Of a stretch of DNA of 64,000 nt, positions 23,501 through 34,837 are shown one piece after another. The translations under genes and the position numbers were made by a program. The notes below the pieces were generated by a model. The model was not told the origin of the DNA, did not search any database, and worked only from the letters and a program-made list of their open reading frames with translations. Numbering within the stretch: position 1 is the stretch's first letter; the number at the start of each line of letters is the position of its first letter. Where the stretch lies: NCBI GenBank assembly GCA_002269645.1, contig NIVC01001147.1, positions 62,001 to 126,000 on the forward strand. Reading direction: 5' to 3'. Source of the stretch: Macrostomum lignano. Taxonomy: Eukaryota.

Positions 23501-26500
23501 ATGGGTCACTGTCTAGCTTACGGAATGGGTCACTGTCTAGCTTACGGAATGAGTCACTGCCTAGCTTACGGAATGGGTCACTGTCTAGCTTACGAAATGA
23601 GTCACTGATCAGTTCACGGAACTAGTCACATATTAGTTTACGGAATGAGTCACTATCTAGTTGCAAATTCTGTTGCAAATAGCATGCTTAAAATGAATTG
23701 AAATCCGTCCGCGTGATTCTCAGGCGATCCCAAGCGTGCCCAAGCGCCAGGCCAGAATCGGCCTGCTATTCAGCTCTGTCCGCCCCAGTCACGTGACGGT
23801 TCCGTCTGACTGGCTGATCGAAGCTGCTGACATTCAAAACGCTCGCAGTTGTTTCACCGACGGCTGCGGCAGCGTCAGTCCAGAGCTGGCTCGTCAAATC
23901 TGCGCCGGTGTGTTCGGCGAAGGCGACGACACGGACGAGGAGTTCCTGGCGTCCATGGGGTGCGCAGACGGCGACGGACCCGCTGCACGCCAAGCTGCCC
24001 TACCGTCCGTCTATCAGGTTAGGGGACGGCTATCTGAATGCAAATTTAACCTTAACTCTGCCTTACCTGCAGCCACCCCACTCCGTGTTTTATCTGCAAC
24101 CACCCCACTCCCTGCCTTATATGCAGCCACCCCACTCCCTGCCTTCCATGCAGCCACCCCACTCCGTGTTTTATCTGCAACCACCTCACTCCCTGTCTTA
24201 TCTGCAGCTACCCCACTCCCTGCCTTATCTGCAGCCACCCCACTCCCTGCCTTATCTGCAGCCACCCCACTCCCTGCCTTATCTGCAGCCACCCCACTCC
24301 GTGTTTTATCTGCAACCACCCCACTCCCTGTCTTATCTGCAGCCACCCCACTCCCTGCCTTATATGCAGCCACCCCACTCCCTGCCTTATCTGCAGCTAC
24401 CCCACTCCCTGCCTTATCTGCAGCCACCCCACTCCCTGCCTTATCTGCAGCCACCCCACTCCCTGCCTTATCTGCAGCCACCCCACTCCGTCTATATTTG
24501 GTATTTATAAGTAATTTAAGCATCGAAGTTGTCAACCGCCGCCCAGATCCGCTACCGCGGCTACAAAGGCGTGCTGGCCCAGGACCGCAGTCTCGGCTCG
24601 GCGCCGCGTATGCTAGTTCGACCGTCGATGCTGAAATTTCAAACCGAAAAGCACTCGGAAATTAGTCTGTGCGAATATTCGCGACCTTACACTTTCGGAC
24701 AGCTGAACAGGCAGTTTATTACTTTGCTTTCGGGTATGTCAATGGAAAAATATCTGTTCTATTTGCTAGAATAGAAAACGGGTAGATTAAGTAGAATACC
24801 GGGTAGATTAAGTAGAATACCGGGTAGATTAAGTAGAATACCGGGTAGATTAAGTAGAATACCGGGTAGAATATCGGGTAGATTAAGTAGAATATCGGGT
24901 AGATTGAGTAGAATACCGGGTAGATTGAGTAGAATACCGGGTAGATTGAGTAGAGCACCATGTGATTTAAGTCAAGTAGAGCCAAGTGTAACTTTTGTCT
25001 CATCGTCTCCCTCCCTCAGGCCTGGGCGTGCCCGACTCCGCCTTCCTGGCCCGCCAGTCTGAGCACTTCGACCGGCTCCGCCGCATGGCAACGGATCCTG
25101 AAGCGGCCATCGCTGTGCTGCGCTGGCGAGGCGAATTCCTTCTGGCAAGTCAGCTGCTGCGCATGCACAAGGAGACGCTGACTGCGCCAGCCGGGTCCGA
25201 CTTGATTAGCGTGAGTGGAATATTCTTTGTTGCTGGGCACACAGATTCATTATTAGGCATTGTCCGGCTCTCAGGTGATTAGAGAGAGTCATCATTAGGC
25301 ATTGTCCAGCTCTCAGGTGATTAGAGAGATTCATCATTAGGCATTGTCTGGCTCTCAGGTGATTAGAGAGATTCATCATTAGGCATTGTCCAGCTCTCAG
25401 GTGATTAGAGAGATTCATCATTAGGCATTGTCCAGCTCTCAGGTGATTAGAGAGATTCATCATTAGGCATTGTCTGGCTCTCAGGTGATTAGAGAGATTC
25501 ATCATTAGGCATTGTCCAGCTCTCAGGTGATTAGAGAGATTCATCATTAGGCATTGTCCAGCTCTCAGGTGATTAGAGAGATTCATCATTAGGCATTGTC
25601 TGGCTCTCAGTTGATTAGAGAGAGTCATCATTAGGCATTGTCCAGCTCTCAGGTGATTAGAGAGATTCATCATTAGGCATTGTCCGGCTCTCAGGTGATT
25701 AGAGAGATTCATCATTAGGCATTGTCCAGCTCTCAGGTGATTAGAGAGATTCATCATTAGGCATTGTCTGGCTCTCAGGTGATTAGAGAGATTCATCATT
25801 AGGCATTGTCTGGCTCTCAGGTGATTAGAGAGATTCATCATTAGGCATTGTCTGGCTCTCAGGTGATTAGAGAGATTAATCATTAGGCATTGTCTGGCTC
25901 TCAGGTGATTAGAGAGATTCATCATTAGGCATTGTCCGGCTCTCAGGTGATTAGTGAGATTCATGTCTGTTCTGACTTGAAGGATCCAGACTCCCAGTTC
26001 ATCCTACATCATCAAAATCTCAGGACGCCATGGCGCAGAGGCACAAAATTCTGCGCGCCAGACTCGCCAGCTTTCAATCGAAGCTGCTTGAACGCTGCGA
26101 CCGCCTGCACATCCTGGTGCCGCTGTCCCGCAACCTGTTCGGAGTCTGCGACCAAACCAATGAGCAGCTGTTAGAATACGGCGAATGCTTCGTCCGGATC
26201 ACTGACGGCGGCTCGCCGCTGAGTCTGCGCGGTCAGGTTGTGGTGACGAAGAGTCCCTGCTACCTGCTGGGCGACGTTCGGGTGCTTCTGGCTGTCACTG
26301 ACGAGGACAAGCCGGGACTGGCGGCGCTGAACCACCTGGTGGACTGCATCGTGTTCCCGGTGCGGGGACCGCGGTCGCATCCTAGCGAGATTTCCGGCTC
26401 CGACCTGGACGGGGATCAATTCTTTGTGTGCTGGGATCCCGGTGAGGAGACCCAGTTGCTTGATCATTGTGTGTGTATTCGCTGTGCTGTCTGAGATGTA

Positions 26501-29500
26501 CTGTAAAAGGAGGCTAAAATGTACTTTAAAAGCGTTTAATTGCACTTTTAAAGAGTAGTCGAGATGTACTTTAAAGAGTGGTCGAGATGTACTTTAAAGA
26601 GTGGATAAATGTACTTTAAAGATTGGCCGAGTTGTACTTTAAAGAGTGGCTAAATTTACTCTAAAGTGTAGTGGAGATGTACTTTAAAGAGTGTACTTTA
26701 TAGAGTGGCCTAGGTGTATTCTTACGAGCGGCTAAAATTTATTTTGAAAAGTGGCTGAAGTGTACTCTATAGAGTAGCCAAGATGTTTCTAATTAAGAGC
26801 GCAAAGATAATGAGTTGAGGATCCTCATCCCGCAGACCTGTTGCCTCTGCATCAAGCTGAGCCGTACCACTACCCAGCTGCCGAGGTGCCTGCATCTGTC
26901 AGGCCGCCGACAAAAAATGATCTTATCCGGCACTTTGCCAGCCAGAATAAATTTCATGCTGTCACGTCAGAAATCGACACTCTGTACAAGAGCTGGGCAG
27001 ACAGCCTGGGGCCGGACTGCTGGCAGTGCTGTGAACTCGGCCGTCTGTTCTCCCGCGCCGTTGACGCCGCAAAGTCTGGCGAGTTGGTGAGCATCGACCC
27101 GAAGCTCCGGTTGCCGACGGCAGCAGGTGCAGCAAACCCCAGAGAATTCGTCTGGCAGCGAATGCTCGCGAGAGGTCGAAGACTGCGGAGCGATCTGTTT
27201 GTCAAAGCCGCTGTTGCCGCCCGAGCGACGGCGGCGACAACCAAAACCGACGACGATAGCTATCCGACCCTCACGGTGGACAACGTTCGGCCGGAGTTTG
27301 TCGTCGACCTGTTGAGCAGTCGGCACGAGTTCGGACGGATCAGCGAGTTTTGCAAATTCCAGTTCGCTTGGGATTTCTGTCGGGCCCGGTGCGAGCAGGT
27401 GGAAGGTGAGGAGGGAAGGTGGAAGGTAATTTTTCTTAGATGCCAGCACTGGCTTCCTATCGTCTTGGCGCCACTCCTATCATCCTGGCGCCACTCCTAT
27501 CATCTTGGCGCCACTCCTATCATCTTGGCGCCACTCCTATCAGCCACTCCTATCATCTTGGCGCCACTCCTATCAGCCACTCCCATCATCTTGGCGCCAC
27601 TCCTATCATCTTGGCGCCACTCCTATCATCTTGGCGCCACTCCTATCATCTTGGCGCCACTCCTATCAGCCACTCCTATCATCTTGGCGCCACTCCTATC
27701 ATCTTGGCGCCACTCCTATCATCTTGGCGCCACTCCTATCAGCCACTCCTATCATCTTGGCGCCACTCCTATCAGCCACTCCCATCATCTTAGCGCCACT
27801 CCTATCATCTTGGCGCCACTCCTAAGTGCCATTCCTACTATCTGAGTGCCATTTCTACTATCTGAGTGCCATTCCTACTATCTGAGTGCCATTTCTACTA
27901 TCTGAGTGCCATTTCTACTATCTGAGTGCCATTCCTACTATCTGAGTGCCATTCCTACTATCTGAGTGCCATTCCTACTATCTGAGTGCCATTTCTACTA
28001 TCTGAGTGCCATTCCTACTATCTGAGTGCCATTTCTACTATCTGAGTGCCATTTCTACTATCTGAGTGCCATTCCTACTTTCTGAGTGCCATTCCTACTA
28101 TCTGAGTGCCATTTCTACTATCTGAGTGCCATTCCTACTATCTGAGTGCCATTTCTACTATCTGAGTGCCATTCCTACTATCTGAGTGCCATTCCTACTA
28201 TCTGAGTGCCATTCCTACTATCTGAGTGCCATTCCTACTATCTGAGTGCCATTCCTACTATCTGAGTGCCATTCCTACTATCTGAGTGCCATTCCTACTA
28301 GCTGAGTGCCATTTCTACTATCTGAGTGCCATTCCTACTATCTGAGTGCCATTTCTACTATCTGAGTGCCATTCCGACTATCTGAGTGCCATTCCTACTA
28401 TCTGAGTGCCATTCCTACTATCTGAGTGCCATTTCTACTATCTGAGTGCCATTCCTACTATCTGAGTGCCATTTCTACTATCTGAGTGCCATTTCTACTA
28501 TCTGAGTGCCATTCCTACTATCTGAGTGCCATTTCTACTATTTGAGTGCCATTCCTACTATCTGAGTGCCATTCTTACTATCTGAGTGCCATTCTTACTA
28601 TCTGAGTGCCATATCTACTATCTGAGTGCCATTTCTACTATCTGAGTGCCATTCCTACTATCTGAGTGCCATTCCTACTATCTGAGTGCCATTCCTACTA
28701 TCTGAGTGCCATTCTTACTATCTGAGTGCCATTCTTACTATCTGAGTGCCATTCCTACTATCTGAGTGCCATTCCTACTATCTGAGTGCCATTCCTACTA
28801 TCTGAGTGCCATTCCTACTATCTGAGTGCCATTCCTACTATCTGAGCCACCTAAACCTACTCTGCAGACAGCAGGACGATGCTCAAGGACGCCTACACCG
28901 ATCTGGTAGACTTTGGCAAGTTCAGTCTCGATCAGCAGCGAATCGCAATCCACGAGATCGGCCTGCCAGCGCCTCTGGTGCTCAACGCGCTGAACAAGTC
29001 GCGCCTGCTCGCCAGGCCGGACGACCGGTCAGCTTTCGGCTTGGCCGGCGTGGACTGTCGATGGCGGCTGTACTTTCGGCGCGGCCAGTCCGAGTTCGAC
29101 TGGGCCCACCTGCTGCGCGGTCTGGAGCGGCATTCTAAAAGGTGAGACTTCCCTCGCGTTTAGGCGTGACAATTAACTGATGAAGCCAAGACATTGGAGC
29201 TGGAAAAGATTCTGGGGATCTGAGAGAAATTAGAGATTGGGAATTGAGAATAGGGATCTGAGAGTGAGATTAGGGATCTGAGGGTGAAATTAGGGATTTG
29301 AGAGTGAGATTAGGGATCTGAAAGTGAGATTAGGGATCTGAGAGTGAGATTAGGGATTTCAAAGTGAGATTAGGGATCTGAAAGTGAGATTAGGGATCTG
29401 AGAGTGAGATTAGGGATCTGGGAGTATTATTAGGGATTTGAAAGTGAGATTAGGGATCTGAGAGTGAGATTAGGGATCTGAGAGTGAAATTAGGTATCTG

Positions 29501-32500
29501 AGAGTGAGATTAGGGATCTAAGAGTGAGATTAGGGATCTAAGAGTGAGATTAGGGATCTGAGAGTGAGATTAGGGATCTAAGAGTGAGATTAGGGATCTG
29601 AAATTGAGATTAGGGATTGGGAAGTGAGATTAGGGATCTAAGAGTGAGATTAGGGATCTGAGAGTGAAATTAGGGATCTGAGAGAGAGATTAGGGATCTG
29701 GGAGTGAAATTAGGTATCTGAGAGTGAAATTAGGGATCTGAGAGTGAGATTAGGGATCTGGAAGTGAAATTAGGTATCTGAGAGTGAAATTAGGTATCTG
29801 AGAATGAAATTAGGTATCTGAGAGTGAGATTAGGGATCTGAGAGTGAAATTAGGGATCTGAGAGTGAGATTAGGGATTGGGAAGTGAGATTAGGGATCTG
29901 GGAGTGAAATTAGGTATCTGAGAGTGAGATTAGGGATCTGAGAGTGAAATTAGGGATCTGAGAGTGAGATTAGGGATTGGGAAGTGAGATTAGGGATCTG
30001 GGAGTGAAATTAGGTATCTGAGAGTGATATTAGGGATCTGAGAGTGAGATTAGGGATCTGACAGTGAGATTAGGGATTGGGAAGTGAGATTAGGGATCTG
30101 AGAGTGATATTAGGCATCTGAGAGTGAGATTAGGGATCTGAGAGTGAGATTAGGCATCTGAGAGTGAGATTAGGCATCTGAGAGTGAGATTAGGGATCTG
30201 AGAGTGAGATTAGGCATCTTAAAGTGAGATTAGGGATCTGAGAGTGAGATTAGGCATCTGAAAGTGAGATTAGGGATCTGAGAGTGAGATTAGGGATCTG
30301 AGAGTGAGATTAGGCATCTGAGAGTGAGATTAGGGATCTAAGAGTGAGATTAGGGATCTGGGAGTGAAATTAGGTATCTGAGAGTGAGATTAGGGATCTG
30401 AGAGTGAGATTAGGGATTGGGAAGTGAGATTAGGGATCTGGGAGTGAAATTAGGTATCTGAGAGTGAGATTAGGGATCTGAGAGTGAAATTAGGGATCTG
30501 AGAGTGAGATTAGGGATTGGGAAGTGAGATTAGGGATCTGGGAGTGAAATTAGGTATCTGAGAGTGATATTAGGGATCTGAGAGTGAGATTAGGGATCTG
30601 ACAGTGAGATTAGGGATTGGGAAGTGAGATTAGGGATCTGAGAGTGATATTAGGCATCTGAGAGTGAGATTAGGGATCTGAGAGTGAGATTAGGCATCTG
30701 AGAGTGAGATTAGGCATCTGAGAGTGAGATTAGGGATCTGAGAGTGAGATTAGGCATCTTAAAGTGAGATTAGGGATCTGAGAGTGAGATTAGGCATCTG
30801 AAAGTGAGATTAGGGATCTGAGAGTGAGATTAGGGATCTGAGAGTGAGATTAGGCATCTGAGAGTGAGATTAGGGATCTAAGAGTGAGATTAGGGATCTG
30901 GGAGTGAAATTAGGTATCTGAGAGTGAGATTAGGGATCTGAGAGTGAGATTAGGGATCTGAGAGTGAAATTAGGTATCTGAGAGTGAGATTAGGCATCTG
31001 AGAGTGAGATTAGGGATCTAAGAGTGAGATTAGGGATCTGGGAGTGAAATTAGGTATCTGAGAGTAAAATTAGGTATCTGAGAGTTAGATTAGGGATCTA
31101 AGAGTGAGATTAGGGATCTGAGAGTGAAATTAGGGATCTGAGAGTGAGATTAGGGATCTGAGAGTGAGATTAGGGATCTGAGAGTGAAATTAGGTATCTG
31201 AGAGTGAGATTAGGTATCTGAGAGTGAGATTAGGGATCTAAGAGTGAGATTAGGTATCTGAGAGTGAGATTAGGGATCTGAGAGTGAGATTAGGGATCCG
31301 GGAGTGAGATTAGGGATCTGAGAGTGAGATTAGGGATCTGAGAGTGAGATTAGGGATCTGAGAGTGAAATTAGGTATCTGAGAGTGAGATTAGGTATCTG
31401 AGAGTGAGATTAGGGATCTAAGAGTGAGATTAGGGATCTGAGAGTGAAATTAGGTATCTGAGAGTGAAATTAGGTATCTGAGAGTGAGATTAGGGATCTG
31501 AGAGTGAAATTAGGGATCTGAGAGTGAGATTAGGGATTGGGAAGTGAGATTAGGGATCTGGGAGTGAAATTAGGTATCTGAGAGTGAAATTAGGGATGTG
31601 AGAGTGAGATTAGGGATCTGAGAGTGAGATTAGGGATCTGAGAGTGAGATTAGGGATCTGAGAGTGAGATTAGGGATCTGAGAGTGAGATTAGGGATCTA
31701 AGGGTGACATTAGGGATCTGAAATTGAGATTAGGGATTGGGAAGTGAGATTAGGGATCTAAGAGTGAGATTAGGGATCTGAGAGTGAAATTAGGGATCTG
31801 AGAGAGAGATTAGGGATCTGGGAGTGAAATTAGGTATCTGAGAGTGAAATTAGGTATCTGAGAGTGAGATTAGGGATCCGGGAGTGAGATTAGTGATCTG
31901 AGAGTGAGATTAGGGATCTGGGAGTTAAATTAGGTATCTGAGAGTGAAATTAGGTATCTGAGAGTGAGATTAGGGATCTAAGAGTGAGATTAGGGATCTG
32001 AGAGTGAAATTAGGTATCCGAGAGTGAGATTAGGGATCTAAGAGTGAGATTAGGGATCTGGGAGTGAAATTAGGCATCTGAGAGTGAGATTAGGGATCTG
32101 AGCGAGAGATTAGCCCAGTCTAATTGAATTGAAATCCCAACATTCTGTTTAGCCTTCTCGTGCTGCGTCTGCCAGACCAGCTGTGCCTCGCCCTGCTGTT
32201 CCAACGGCAGCTGACAATCTGCGAACGGGCTGACATGCCTCCGGACAGTGTCCGGGCGTTTTTCTTCTCCGGCCTGCTCAACTGCCGTAGGCAGCACCGA
32301 CTGAGTCCGGGACACAGCCTGGACTTATCGGAGCACTCGTTGCAGCTCTACAAAGGCGATCGCATGGGCACTTTTGTGTGGCTGAATGACGGCGGCGGGC
32401 CCGACGGCCTGACGTCTATCAGCGTAGACCTGACCCGGTTCGACTTGCCTGGCAACAGGAGGCGGGCGCAAGCTGGCATGCTGGTACGGAAGGTGCCATT

Positions 32501-34511
32501 TATTGAGGCCGAGATGTTCGTGCTCGAGTCTGCCCAGGGCGACCCGGCGGACGGGCGGGCCACTGGCTATCTGGATGTGGCCGATGTCAACTGGTGGGCC
32601 GCTGATGTCCGACAGGTGAGATCTGCGTGGGAGCAACTCATCTAGACAGTGATTTTGTAGATCTAGACAGTGATTTTGTAGATCTAGACAGTGATTTTGT
32701 AGATCTAGACAGTGATTTTGTAGATCTAGACAGTGATTTTGTAGATCTAGACAGTGATTTGTAAATATAGGCAATAGTTTTGCAGATCTAGACAGTTATT
32801 TTGTAGACCTAGACAGTGATTTTGTAGATCTAGACAGTGATTTTGTAGATCTAGACAGTGATTTTGTAGATCTAGACAGTGATCTTGTAGATCTAGACAG
32901 TGATTTTGTAGATCTAGACAGTGATTTTGTAGATCTAGACAGTGATTTTGTAGATCTAGACAGTGATTTTGTAGATCTAGACAGTGATCTTGTAGATCTA
33001 GACAGTGATTTTGTAGATCTAGACAGTGATCTTGTAGATCTAGACAGTGATTTTGTAGATCTAGACAGTGATTTTGTAGATCTAGACAGTGATCTTGTAG
33101 ATCTAGACAGTGATTTTGTAGATCTAGCCTCTCCAGCAGTGCACTCTCCCGTCTCCTTCTGCCCAGGTCGAGTTCCCAGCTCCCAACCGGCCCCAACTGG
33201 CTCACGCAGTCAACGAGTTCGTCGACCCGATGCTGCTGCAGCCGCCGTCCCACGATTCAATGCCTTCGCCGACTCCGACGCTGCAGTGCCTGGACGCGGC
33301 CGTCGCCTTTGCCTCGCCTCGCTTGTTCATCGACTCGCTGCGCGCGTGGCCACCGTCGGAGCTTGGCTCGGTGCCAGACCGCCTGCGGGCCCTGCTAGAC
33401 CGTCTGCATTTGCTGGCGGCTCCGAGGCCGCTGCCAGCCTCAGCTCTGGCCGACATCGACAAGATTGTCGCTCAGCTGTTCTTCGACCCAGCTTCCGTCA
33501 GGTTCGGAGACCAGCCGTTTGTAGGGCTACTGGAACTGTTCACATCGCTGCGACGCCTGGCTGCCGACGCCACCGCTGACCGTCTGCTGTCGTCGCTTTT
33601 ATCGCTAGCCGAAGCTTCCACCGCCGAGCTGCTGGACGTTGCCGGCGCCTGGCACTGCTGGTGGCCGCTGCTCCACGTTGCCGCCAGTTCGCCTGCCGTA
33701 GCACAGAGATTTGCTGAACAACTTCTACTGTCGATGTTGACGGAATCTACTAGGGTGTCGCCGCTGACGCCGGTGCATCGGTATCTGCGGCGCCAGGCCT
33801 GGCTGGCCTGTCAGGGATTTCTGAGCGGCTGTCAATCATCCGGCCTGTCGGCTGACAGCTGGGAGTCCGACCGGTCGGTGCCGGCGGAGACTGTCGAGCC
33901 TGCGAATCCCGCTAACGAACTGTCGGAGTTTTGGCTGACAAGTCGGGCGCCGATTGACTGGCAGCGACATCAGCCGCGCCCAGGCCGGTTTATGTCGCTG
34001 CTGCTGGCATCGGCGACTTCGGCTGGCGGCTTCTGCTGCCTTGTTCAAGTTGTCGCCTGTCGGCGTCTGGACGACGGTCGAGCCTTGGTCTGTCTGCGCG
34101 GCTTGGACTCGCGCGGCTGCCTCCTAACAACGCTGCCGGCTTGTTGGCAGGGCGGCGGCTGCTGGCAGCTGCGCGAACCTCCTGCGGGTGGCATCGACAG
34201 TTACAGAGAAGTGTTTGACGCTCTGAGACGCTGCCTCCGGGCTGCTGACAACGAGGAGAATATTGGCAACGATCGGCTGTTGAAGCGAGCGCTCGATCTG
34301 CTGGCTGATCCGCGGGCCACCCGAAAGAGTCGCCGCTGGCCCGCTTCGAGTGCACGGGTCACGTGACTCGGTGGCTCGCAGAAACCGTCGCTCTTAGAGT
34401 GCGTGAGACTGCGGCTTGAGTTGATAGCTCGTAATAGTGCATCTTTGGACACGTTGCTGCAGCATACTTATCCCTATCTTTACCTCGTTTATCCTCTTCA
34501 TTATCATCATT

Positions 34512-34586
<75 letters not shown>

Positions 34587-34805
34587 TACCTCATCCTCAT
34601 AATCATATTCCCTATCCTTGCTCCAAAACAGCAGAAAGCTGTGTCGCTAAGCGCGGATATCGACGCAGATTTAGAGCGGCTCGACGCCTCGCAACGGGCC
34701 GCGCTGGCAGTCGTCCTGAGTTCGAAACCGGATCCAGGCCTGCTGTTCATCGGCGGGCCGCCGGGCACGGGAAAGTCCGCGCTGGCCGTCAGCATCGTCT
34801 GCCGG

Positions 34806-34837
<32 letters not shown>

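Noticed and set aside
22849-27405. Viral or endogenous viral RdRP
   Set aside because: The motifs (DLDGD double-psi-barrel type) are those of cellular RdRPs rather than viral GDD palm polymerases, and the gene has canonical spliceosomal introns.
27406-27425. Donor AAG|GTAATT at 27425 for RdRP exon 10
   Set aside because: Phase 0 has no matching acceptor before exon 11; the donor at 27405 (phase 1) joins 28868 in frame.
34403-34631. Poly-His, poly-Ile or poly-Met N-terminal extension of the helicase ORF
   Set aside because: (CAT)n microsatellite within an intron; a pyrimidine tract and AG at 34630-34631 mark the real exon start.
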